A DNA stretch of 59,923 nt, counting the filler, from Nemertoderma westbladi (Eukaryota; Animalia; Xenacoelomorpha): the NCBI GenBank assembly GCA_032718475.1. It is 2 parts of 2 records of this genome, joined end to end, with 100 filler letters (N's around TTAATTAATTAA, not from the genome) between each part and the next. Parts side by side here need not be neighbours in the genome. Positions count along the whole stretch, not along the records: positions 31,126 to 59,923 come from JAUCBJ010001837.1; 1 more part is not named here. The stretch is one strand, 5' to 3'. Below, piece after piece: positions 48,841 through 59,923 of the stretch. Made by a program: the position numbers and the translations under genes. The notes beneath the pieces are model-generated. The model did not search any database. It saw nothing but the letters and a program-made list of their open reading frames with translations, and was not told the origin of the DNA. How positions within the stretch are numbered: position 1 is the first letter of the stretch; every line of letters begins with the position of its first letter.

Positions 48841-49289
48841 ATTACTATCATTATCACATTACATTATCACATATTGTGCGCGATTGTATTGAATTCATGA
48901 CAACTGCTGTTATTATTATTAATCAATTGACACCTCGACTCCTCTCTGAGACTCCGACTACTCTATCCGATATGTTTGCGGTATTTCAACTTTTCTTAAC
49001 GCGAGTTGAATATTTTTTGGATTTATTCTAAATGAATATTCCGATATCACTACTGGGTGCGGGAACATGGGATTTGGGCACATTCAATGGACTGGGGGCG
49101 GTTTATGGGCGAATACTGGGGCGACTTACGGGGTACGGGACTCATTTCATGTATTTAAGGGCCAGGGGTGGGAGGCAAAGTTAAGCAGTATTCAGGTTTG
49201 CCTGATTACTATTAGGCCTAGCCAACTTCCTGCTGCCTGTAGAGGTGGATTTGGTAACTCGCTAGGTCTAAAGGACAAGGACTGCCCTT

Positions 49290-50107
49290 AGCGGTCCCTG
49301 GCCAACAGCAGTTATTACGAGCCTGAATAAGGACTCGGAAAGTCTGCCGCTTGTGTCAGTGATTTGCGACGGGAACCGACAGACAGACCTTTAGTGGTCC
49401 ATGGTCACCGGCAGTTAGTACGAGCCTGAATAAGGACTCGGAAAGCCTGCCGACATACGCCAGGGACTTGCGACAGGTCAACCAACTAACGGAGGAAGGG
49501 TTCGACGAGGACGGCCTTCCTGGAGTGGGTTCCATGACCAGCGTTAGTACGAGCCTAAATAAGGACTCGGAAAACCACCAACCGTTGGGGCTCACGGTGG
49601 GCTGACAGACCCCTTGCCAAGCAGTACCACTTTCCTGATGTCCGATCCCTTCGGGGTTCGGGAAGGGTGGGACGGACACGCAATGGGGTCAAAAGACAAA
49701 GGACCGGACTCTACTGGCCTACCGACTGTTTTGAGCAGCTTCTCGGCTACCGAAGCGACTACGAGCCTGAATAAGGACTCGGAAAGCTTAGGTGGTTGGG
49801 TCCCTGTGATGAACCGATGGACCCCTAGCCAAGCCGTACCGCTTTCCTGATGACCGATCCCTTCGGGGTTCGGGAAGGGTGGGACGGACACGCAAACGGG
49901 TCCACCGACTTGACAGACCCCTAGCCAAGCCGTACCACTTTCCTGATGACCAATCCCTTCGGGGTTTGAGAAGGGTGGACAGACACGCAACAGGGTCTAA
50001 CGACTGGACCGACCCTTAGCCAAGCCATACCACTTTTCTGATGACTGATCCCTTCGGGGTTTGGGAAAGGTGGGACGGACACGCAACAGGGTCGACCGAC
50101 ACTGACA
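49290..50107 (+). ncRNA. Array of predicted RNA hairpin modules (4 of type A, 4 of type B) in the BEL LTR/leader
   Basis: Type B: ~85-nt hairpin with UUCG loop, UGAUGA bulge and compensatory changes in the closing stem. Type A: CGAGCCTGAATAAGGACTCG-GAAA. Confidence 0.55.
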
Positions 50108-50887
50108 CTATGGTACTGAGACTAGGACCGAGGGAAAATTGGGGAACATTAGTTAGGTCAAAATCTGAGCGAACAGTGGGTAATTAAATAATGTACTGTA
50201 GGGATTTATATTGTCGTGTTATATTATTGTGAATATTTGGTGTATATTGGTTTGGGGAAGCCCAACTTATTCTCAATCAAGATTCAGTGAGATTAGTACA
50301 AGATTCAACTGTAGGGAAGTTACATTAAAGAGTATATCCAACCAATGAAACTTTTCTCAACTGCAATCTTGCATTTAAGAACGTATTCCTTCTCCACTAC
50401 CAATATCCGGTGACTGGCCGGAATTCCGTGGTCTGAAAAGTTCCGCCTCCAGCATCGGCGTTTTCCCCCATGGTGTCGGGAATAACGGCAACAAAATTGA
50501 GAATAAGACGCGGCCAACTTCAACTGGTGGAAGTTGGGAATCCTACAATACTCTTCAAACTCTCTCCATGCTTACCCAGCACCCACTACGAGGAAACTCT
50601 GTATTTGATTTAAGACAAAGCCGTGGTTTAATCAATCGACAAACTCGAACTAATAAACTCGTAGTCGGCAGATCATAAATAGAGAGACGTTAACAGGGAA
50701 TGGAAGTATCGATCACACCCATTGATATAATCCAAGTTGAGCCAGGAATCTGGCACGTCGAAGTCGAAGTACAAGGAACAAACGTTGGACGATTCAGGAT
50801 TACCGTTCGGGTAGTCCAGGCTGAATACGAGACCTACGAAGAACTATTTTACGACATCGCATATCTAGCTATCAAGGAGGCGCTAGA

Positions 50888-53800
50888 ATGACGACGAATA
50901 ACGTCTCCGACACCGATGAGATGGACTCAGACTCGGACACAGACTCGGAAATCGACGAGGTACCGAACGTAAAGAACATGGCCCGTCGACTAGGCGCTCT
51001 CAAAGGTGGAGTCACTCGAGCATATCAACGTATAGAGAAACAACTAAGGGGAGTCGAAACCCCCCTCAATGAGATACAGACTCAGCTACAGAATATCCGA
51101 AGTATCTTACAACGATATGAGAGGATGATACAGGCATATCAAGAACTCATCCCCGCCACCGATCAGGTAAACTACCCCAGACTGGAAGAACACGTTGTAC
51201 ATCTAGATGAGTTCCGCAAACAACATCGGAGGACCCTCAGCCTCGTGAGAGGCTACGAGGAACAGCACTATAAGAGAACTGAAAGAACAGACGCAGAATC
51301 GGTGCGGACCTCCAGCACCAGGACAGCAATTCATCGAAAGAGAACGGGGTCCTCGATGCACCAGCACTCCAGCGCTAGGAGCGAGATATCCGGTTCAGTG
51401 CGCAGTTCTCAAGGGGGTCAGCCACTCCGAAATCAGCTACGAGAACAGAGGGCATTGGCCCTTAAAGCTCGAATGGAAGACGAATATGTTCAACTGCAGA
51501 TCAAACAGGATGTATTGGCAGCCTAAATACAAAAACGAGAGGCCAAACAACAGGCTGAACAACGTAAACGAGAGGCTGAACAATAGGCCGAACAATGTAA
51601 ACGAGAGGCCGAACAACGGGCCGACCAACGTGAACGAGAGGCCGAACAACAGGCCAAACAACGTGAACGAGAGGCCGTACAAGAAGCCGAACAATGTAAA
51701 CTAGAGGCAGAAATGCGTAAACAACATGCCGAGGCCCAAGCGATTCTCATCCATAAAAAGAATGTGGATATTGCGAAACTCGCGGACTATGAAGCCGCAC
51801 TCATAGAACGGGATCTTCAACTATACGAGGACTGGGAAAGGGGTATAGAACAGAACTATGAACCAATCCCGGTCCCGGAATTAGAGAAGTCATTTACGCC
51901 ACCGGCGGCGAAACCTCCGAAACCCGAGTCCCGCCAACCATATCTTCTACGTTATCGGCATAAGCACCGGTATTCCATCCCCCACCAGTTACGCTTAAGA
52001 ATGAGGAACCTTATTTCCCATCCAACCCCACGGCACCGAGCGTTCCCAAGTACGAGCCTGAAAAGGACTCAGAACGGGACGCCACCCCTCGATCCAACAA
52101 TCCATTTACATCCACACCACAAATCCGTAACCGCATCATCATTAAAACTCCACCTCTCATCGACCCATCGTGCATGGGAGAGAGTGTTAATAACTATAAT
52201 CCTCCTAGTCATTCCAGTTCAGATGACGTCGGCATTATCCGAGCATTGGAAAACCGCCTGGCCATGCCTAAGATGGAGATTCGCACCTTCAAGGGAGACC
52301 CCGTCGATTACCTCGGATTCAAAAAACGGTTCTTCGCTCAGATTGGGTCAACGGATATAACTGACGCACAAAAACTGGTATATTTATCCCAATACCTGGG
52401 TGTCAAACCACGTCGAATCATTAAATGTTTTGAGGGAGGATCTCATGAAGCGTACTACGATGCATGGAAAACTCTAGACAAAAGATACGGAAATATCGGA
52501 ACTATAATTAATAAAACTCTCGAGAAACTGATACAGGATGCTGGATCCCTAGGGGAACCACAGAATATCCAAGAGTTCTCGGATTCCATGAAAGATTCCT
52601 ACTACACTCTAAAACCATTAAATAAGGAGGAACAAGTAAACAACATTCTAAACCTCCGACAGATTGCCCGAAAGTTCCCCGGATGGCTGCAAAGCAAGTG
52701 GGTGTATAAATGCGTAGATCTCCGACGCAGACACCCAGATCGAGACCCCAGTTTCCTCGAAATGTCGGCATTCCTAGATGATATCTCTGAAGCCATGAAT
52801 GACTCGATGTTCTCTAATCAAAGTCTCTCCAAGTTAGATGGAATAGAGAACAACTCCAGGAGCAGGGCACCCACTCCGAAACCGAGATTCTGCCCCCCTC
52901 CGGAGAGTACGATGGCCATCACCATGGCCGAGGATTCCGACAACGAGGACTACGAGGAACCGAAATCAGCCGAGGAATGGGCGTGTTATCTAGCGAATTG
53001 GGCACCCGAAAGGGAAGGCACCACAACCTCCCTTCTATGTCTTTTCTGCAGAGAGGAACATAAGGTGGAATTCTGCAGAAAGTTCCAGTTTGCTGAACTC
53101 GTCCCACGCTTCGAGGCGATAATGAAACACCGAGGATGCTTCCGGTGTCTCGGAACAGGTCACTATGTTCGGGATTGCGTCCAAAGATCGTGCTGCGCAG
53201 TCTGTAATGACCTACATCATCACACACTCCTCCACATCCCTACGAACTTTGATTTTACCACCCTCCCGTTCCGGATCAAAGCCAAACGAAGAGGAGAAAC
53301 GAACCACGTCTCTAAAGGTACCCGGACGATTCAACGGAGGGAAACCAATCCATTTAAGACCTCCACCGATGCATCACATGTGACAAATATCTCAGCTACG
53401 ATCAATCTTATAAACCGCCATTATATGGTCTTCGCCAAAGTAATCCCGGTAAGAATTCAAGGGGTCGGGAAATCTTTAACAACGCTCGCGTTCCTTGACA
53501 ACGGGTCGGATGGAACCATTATCGACCGGGATTTCCTCGAACAACTAGGCCTAGATTACGAGCCTTGCAAGCGGCCCATACAAACTATTACCGACCATAG
53601 CGAAGTGGAGTCCGGGGAGGTACAACTCAAGATGGAAGGGGTTATGAAGGGATACGAGACGGTCAAACTGACAATCAAGAATGCTCTGGTACGCACCAAT
53701 CTCCGAGTGCGGTTCCGACAATCATCGGAATACGCACCCCTCATACAGCTAGACCGGGAAGATGTAGATCTACGATGCCCGCCATTGGACGTGAACCGAA

Positions 53801-56800
53801 TTACACTACTAATCGGACTTGATACACTGGAGTTACACATACCAACCGGAGACGTAGCCCAATCCGTAAAGCCAGACGACGGCTTTTATACAGAACGCAC
53901 GATCATGGGATGGACACTCTGCGGCATCAAAGAGGAGACTACAGACACATATACCTATCTCCCTAAATGTCAGATTAATGAGAATGTAACATCCGTGGGT
54001 TATTGTTCCGCAACCGACTTGGACGAGGATTTATTCCTAGAAACCGAAAAAACCCAGCAGGAGATGACCAAATACTTTAACCTAGAGACCCAAGAGTTTG
54101 CCGAAAAGGACGAGAACCCATCCGAGGAAGACCAATATTGTATCGACATCCTTGATCAGGCAACGTTCAAAGATGGACATTGGTGTTCGCCCATGCTGTG
54201 GAAAGACCCAGATAAACCGATGGCGAATAATGCCAACATGTCCCTTAGGCAGCTCAAAGGAATCCTACGCCGGTTGAATGACCAACCCGAGATAAAGGAG
54301 AAATACAATAATGTAATCAAAGGATATCTAGAAGATGGATTGGCGGAAATGGTACCCCGGAATGAACTGCAAGGGGGTAGATGGACGTATTATCTCCCAA
54401 CCCACTATGTGGTAGAAGCCCGGAAGGGCGGTAAAATCCGGGTAGTAAATGATGCTGCTGCTATGTATCAAGGCAAATCCCTGAACAGCCAACTTTATAC
54501 AGGGCCCAACATATATAGTATACTTATCGGCGTGTTGATCAGGTTCAGGGAAAACCGGAAAGCATTCACATGCGACATCAAAGCGATGTTTCACCAGGTC
54601 CGAATGCTACCAAGAGACTCAGACTGTCTACGTATATTATGGACGGATAAAACATTAAGTCCACAGGAAATAAGTCAACTCACCTTGAAGGATATAGACG
54701 TAATGCGCATGATTGTCAGGATCTTCGGCGCTAAGGACTCGCCAGTGGCATGTAGTGACATGCTATAGAAAACAGCGGCTATGTGCGAAAACGAGTTCCC
54801 TCCGACAGTCATAGAAACCATCCGACGATGCTTCTACATAGACGACGGATGCGCCGGTGCCGATAATGTTGACGAGGCATATCAGCTGGCGATGGGGATG
54901 GTGGAATGTTTAAAGAGAGGAGGTTTCCCTCTCGTAAAGTTCAGATCCCACAACAAGGAACTTATGGAAAAGTTTCCAGAGGAAATCAGACTGGACAACA
55001 ATAAAATGTATTCCGAGGATGTGGATCACCATGTACTCGGCATTGAATGGGACATAGAATTGGATGAATTAATCTTCAAATATAACCCCCTACCGAAGCC
55101 CATGACAAAAAGGGGATGTTTGTCTATAAAGAGTGCAATATTCGATCCACTAAACTTCCTATCCCCAGTAACATTGGCTGGAATGAACTTGATCAAGGAA
55201 ATGTGGATAGAAGGACTGGGATGGGACGAAGAACTTCCCCCACACCTCAGTGCCAAATGGAGAAAGTGGATGGAACAACTCGAACATCTACATCTTATGC
55301 GGATCCCTCGACCGTTCTTCCTCGATAAACTACCCACCGATATATTCCAGCTCCATGCTTCTCGGATGCTTCAAATACCGGAATCGGCATAGTTACCTTC
55401 CTAAGAAGACTAAGTCAGGATGGAAACGGCGATACGAGCTTCTTATTCTCTAAGGCTAAGACGGTCTCCAGGGAATTTGTAGCAACGATTCCGAGACTCG
55501 AGCTACAGGCCGCAGTTTGGGCAGTGAGGCAGAACCGCATGATCATGCGGAACTTACGAATCCCCATCGAATCGCAACATTTCTGGGTCGATTCGAGTAT
55601 CGTTCTCTACTACCTCCACTCACCATCATGGCGTCACACCACGTTTGTAGCGAACTGAGCCACGGAGATAAAACAGTGCACCGGCCGAGAACAGTGGCAC
55701 CATGTAAACGGGAAAGAAAATCCAGCGGACTTATCGAGCAGAGGCGCCACCCCAAGACAACTTGGCAAAAGTAAACTCGGGCTTACAGGCCCGGAATTCC
55801 TACAGCAGCCACAATTAACCTGGAGCACCCGATTCGATCCCGAACTAGATAGCGGAAAATACTTCGAAGACGACAAGGAGATCCGTAAAGTCCATAGAAG
55901 CGCTACAGTGGAGATCTATAGTTGTCTGACCGGGCCTGCAAAGGACTCGGGCAGGCACTATAATATCGCGAGTATCACGCAACCAGTGGCGTCTTTACAA
56001 CTATTGATAAAGCGAACCTCCTCAATGAGACGTCTCATCCACCATGTCTTAACCCTTCGCAACTTCCTGCGGTGGAAGAACAACAAACCGATAGTTCGAC
56101 AAAGTATACAAGAACTCATCATTGCGGAGAAGTGTATTGTTAGATATGTCCAGAAAGAAAATTTCCCCGATGAGTGGGAACAACTCAGTGCAGGCAAAAC
56201 CTTGAAACCAGACAGTCCAGTCTACCAATTGAGAACAATGATGGGAGAAGACGGACTGATTCGACTGAATACCCGGATGGCAAACGCCCCGGTTGAATAC
56301 GAAGTCAAATACCCAGCGCTTCTGCCCGGAATGTCAACACTAGCCAAGCTATTAATCTAACATTGTCACGAGGAAAACCATCACGTGGGACAGAACTGGA
56401 TTCTGGCTAATATATGGCAAAGATATTGGATCACCCACATCCAGCCACTAATCCGGAAAGTGTTAAAACGTTGTTTTCCCTGCAGAAGATATCTAGTGCC
56501 ACCGCTCATACAAAGAATGGCCGACTTACCAGCCACACGACTGCAGTCCGATTCCCCGCCGTTCTACATAACCGGAGTAGACTGTTTCGGACCATTCACA
56601 GTCATCGAGCGACGATCCAACATCAAATGCTGGGGAGCCATCTTTACATGCCTTAGGTCTAGGGCAATCTACCTAGACATTGTAGTGAACCTTATGCAAC
56701 ACGCACTTATCAACACCCTGCGTCGGTTCGTGGCGAACAATGGAACATGTCGTCATATGTACTCCGATATTGGTACAAACTTCGTGGGAGGAGAAAGAGA

Positions 56801-57539
56801 ACTTAGAGAGGCGATCGAGGGATGGTTCACCGAAGACACCACATCCCAAGTCTGGAGGGAACACCATATACAATGGCACTTCCAAACACCCTTGGCACCC
56901 CATACGAGTGGAGTATGGGAGAAGCTCATTGATTCGGCGAAACGATCCATGCGCGTCGCATTAGGGGACACATGGGTAACCCACGACACCCTCCACACAA
57001 CATTCTGCGAGATCACGGCTACCCTAAACAACCGGCCCATCGTACCTATTCACGATGACCCCACAGATCTGGAGTCTCTTACACCTAACCATCTACTCGG
57101 AAGACCTAAAACCAACATTCTTCCAGAAGCGATGTTCCCAGATCCCAACGATATCGCGAAACATACCTATTGGAAGATGGCCCAGGCGTTGGCAGCGCAT
57201 TGGTGGAGAATCTGGGCCCAAGAGTACCTCATAACCCTCCGGACCAGGAGGAAGTGGAACAACATCTACAGGAACGTCGCAGTTGGCAACATAGTGTTAG
57301 TTAAGGAAGACCTTAAAGACCGCGTCCACTGGCCTGTGGCGCGAGTCGTGGCAATAACTCCAAGTAAAGACGGACTTGCGAGGACTGTGACGATACGAAC
57401 GGCAAAGGGCCACTACCAACGCCCTATCCAGAGGCTGTGCCTTCTTGAAGGCAATGGCAGCGGTGACTCTACGAGAGGTGATAAGTTCCCTACTCCAGAT
57501 CCTGCTGCAGACATTGGTGACAATGCTAAACCTGTTTAA
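50888..57539 (+). pseudogene. BEL/Pao gag-pol (several stops and frameshifts)
   Basis: Coiled-coil gag with 33-bp repeats (51535-51710); F.GDP..Y..F...F (DUF1759-like); three Cys/His knuckles ending HHTLLH; protease LDNGS; RT RVVNDAA, DIKAMFHQV, FYIDD; integrase GVDCFGP, SDIGTNFVG, GVWEKLI, RPIQRLCLL. Confidence 0.92.
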
Positions 57540-57799
57540 ACCCTTCTCATCCTGTTGACAAACTCTTTTAAATGTGATTTACTGACAATGAATTATGGAC
57601 CCCCCTTAAACAACTGTAACCACGCAATGGTATTTGTGTTTCCTCGTGTGTTATGTGGAGTCCAGCATCACCCTGCAGATGTTTCAACTGACGCAGGGTC
57701 GTTTATGTATTGTTAACCCTGATTTTGGTCATCGGGACCAACTATATTGGATTATTGGAAATGGTAAATATTTGAAGTGGAATTCATTGTATCCATTGT

Positions 57800-58235
57800 T
57801 GTATTGTGTTGTCCGTTGCGTGTGCAGTTCGGGGCGTAGGCGGTGTAACTAGTCCAGCTGTAGATCCTGGATTGCCGCGCAACACCCCCTCTATCCCGTT
57901 ATTCTGGTGGGTCCATGGTGCATCCACATGACTTCGACGATAGAGGTTTTATGTTTCTCAGTCGCGTTATTCTGGTGGGACCGTTGCGTGGATTTTGGGG
58001 CGTAGGCGGTGTAACTAGTCCAGCCGTAGATCCCAGAATGTTGCGTAACCCCATCCCACATGACTTCGTCGACTGAGCTTTATGTTGTTGGGAGTGTTAT
58101 TCTGGTGTGTCCCTGGTGCATTCCACATGACTTCACTTCCAGCGTCTTCATTGTCCGTTATGTGCGCAGTTTGGGGCGTAGGCGGTGTAACTAGCCCAGC
58201 TGTAGATCCCAGATTGCCGCGTAACACCCCTTCCA
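57800..58235 (+). repeat. Three ~165-175-bp tandem repeats in the BEL 3' UTR
   Basis: GGGGCGTAGGCGGTGTAACTAG.CCAGC.GTAGATCC at ~57831, ~57997 and ~58173. Confidence 0.85.
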
Positions 58236-58395
58236 CAACGAAAATTTCCCAAAGAAGATGATTGAATGTAGTTGGAAATGATGAAAAGAAACAGACAACC
58301 CTACTATAAACTGAATGATGACGCGTATGATGATGAAAATGTAATGATGCGCACCCTGGTGCTGCGCTTATAACAAATGATGATAGCCGGGGGGC

Positions 58396-59305
58396 TATAA
58401 GTAGTATATATTACTAGCCCCCTCGCACATGGTCACCCATAGCCCATCATTACCATCCATTTCTACTCCTTCCTCCAATCAGAAGCCACCATTTCATCCT
58501 TTACCAGTGGTCGTTATTATTTCAACCAATCAGATGCCAGCATTTTATTCGTAACCATGGAAACTTCTCAAGTTCCCGCTTATTCCGCTAGAGGCGTTAT
58601 TAGTCACCCAACGCTAGTACTGCATCCAATCACCAACCTTTATCTTACAGGTGTTCGGTGTCTACACTTAGCATCAGGTAACGTCTACTATTTTTCAAAT
58701 CGCTATTTTTCAGCAACTAGTATTTTCATAATCACCAACCTTTATCTTACAGATGCTAGGGGTGTCTACAGGTAACGTCTACTATTTTTCAAATCGCTAT
58801 TTTTCAGCAACCAGTATTTTCATATTCACCAACCTTTATTTTACAGGTGCTACGAGTGTCTACAGGTAACTTCTACTATTTTTCGATTTTATATCGATTT
58901 ATTCATCATAACTGGTCGCAGATGTTTACAAATAGCTTGTGGTAGTATCAATTATAAATTATTGTTCATTGAATTCTATAGTACTATAGCATATGTTACC
59001 AACGAGATCCAATTATTCTAATGATTTCGATAGCATAAAATGCATATTAATTAATACGAAATACATCTAACTAATAATAATAATTTACTTGTTCTACATA
59101 CAGTATCAGTACAATATTGACAGGATAATAAGATAATAAGATGGAATGATTATTAATGTTTAGATGTAGGGTATTGATTGTTGTGAGTATGTGCTAGATA
59201 TAGCAGTAATAGTGTTTATGATTTCCTGCAACCCATGATATTGCTTTTGCGCCGCTCTGCTTTGCAAAATCTCCCACGCGGTGGTGCGAATAGTTTAATA
59301 TATAA
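58396..59305. mobile_element. Possible non-autonomous DNA element (Crypton-like style) at the expected 3' LTR position
   Basis: TATATATTA-type imperfect inverted ends, repeated CCAATCAG motifs and internal ~94-102-bp tandem repeats. Family is a guess. Confidence 0.3.
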
Positions 59306-59663
59306 TGGGATAAAGTGTCTCGTCTTGCGAGACATTTAATTATAATTACTAAAGTAAATTATCTATATTTGCAAAGGGTGAGAGTTTAACAGACCCAGAC
59401 CCTACACCAGAAAAAGAAAATACAAAAAGGAGGAGAACGGGGCAGGTGGTGGGTAAAAGATATTTTATTATAAAATTAGAATGTGTACGCAATGTATCTG
59501 GAAGTCATAAATTAAATTATACGCAGTATGACTACTGACCTACTGATATATACCTTGGACTACTGACCTACTGGTTACTGACCTACCGCTTACTGCTGGC
59601 ACCTATAGGCCTACTGCTTACATAGGAGATATTATTCTTTGAAGTCGCCGCACTGGTATACGA

Positions 59664-59923
59664 CTAGGCTGTTGAGATGTCTCTGTGTCCTAGGGCGCCC
59701 GCTTGTTGCGGCTGCCACGCTAAGAAAGGGCGATGCATTCGTTGCGTGTGCGTCAAACAGGGTCGCCCTTGCACGTCATGTGCCCCTTCGATAAACAGTC
59801 TGTGCGAAAACGCGTTGGGGTCCGTTAATTCGCAGCCAAACATTTCCTTCGACGACAAAAGCGCCGATCGATGCTCTCCATCAAGGAGTTCGACGCAGCC
59901 CATGGTTAACGTGCATTCGGGAG
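59664..59923 (-). other. GC-rich open frame entering from the window edge, unidentified
   Basis: Coding-like composition (..TMGCVELLDGEHRSALLSSKEMFGCEL..) but no motif recognised. Confidence 0.25.

Larger units (their letters stand above)
49060..58395 (+). mobile_element. BEL/Pao LTR retrotransposon, decayed; 3' LTR not found
   Basis: Probable 5' LTR ending ..ACTGACA (50107; start uncertain), followed by TGGTACTGAGACTAGGA (degenerate PBS); gag-pol 50888-57539; PPT-like GCCGGGGGGC near 58386-58395. Confidence 0.85.

Noticed and set aside
49620-50075. Hammerhead ribozyme reading of CTGATGA-stem-GAAG/GAAA
   Set aside because: No stem I or NUH cleavage site can be formed; the sequence 5' of CTGATGA pairs directly with the GAAR side, and three of four units have GAAG.
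49354-50107. TGTCAGTG..CACTGACA as the exact BEL LTR boundaries
   Set aside because: A type A repeat and TATA-like sequence lie upstream of 49354, and there is no second LTR or TSD to confirm it.

Overview
AT-rich, repeat-dense animal (invertebrate-like) genomic DNA with one assembly gap (31026-31125); no prokaryotic features, CRISPR, rRNA or intact tRNA seen. There are three host genes. (1) A minus-strand M1/aminopeptidase-N-like gene: three phase-compatible exons at 22032-21326, 17024-16861 and 4132-3896; its catalytic exons were not found and probably lie beyond the left edge. (2) An intronless alpha-catulin-like (vinculin family) gene on the plus strand, nested in intron 2 of gene 1. (3) An intronless Neuralized-like NHR+RING E3 ligase flanked by a duplicated segment. 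The right half is an LTR-retrotransposon nest. A Mag-type gypsy carries a GalEa-type copia, which carries a Sola1-like DNA transposon. A partial second copy of the gypsy has an RTE-X-like LINE fused in frame to its integrase, and the three gypsy LTRs look like reciprocal recombinants. A decayed BEL/Pao element follows, whose 5' non-coding region holds arrays of hairpins with compensatory base changes. The best candidates for undescribed biology are the repeated structured-RNA modules at 49290-50107 and 1529-1939. All family assignments come from motif recognition by eye, not from database searches.
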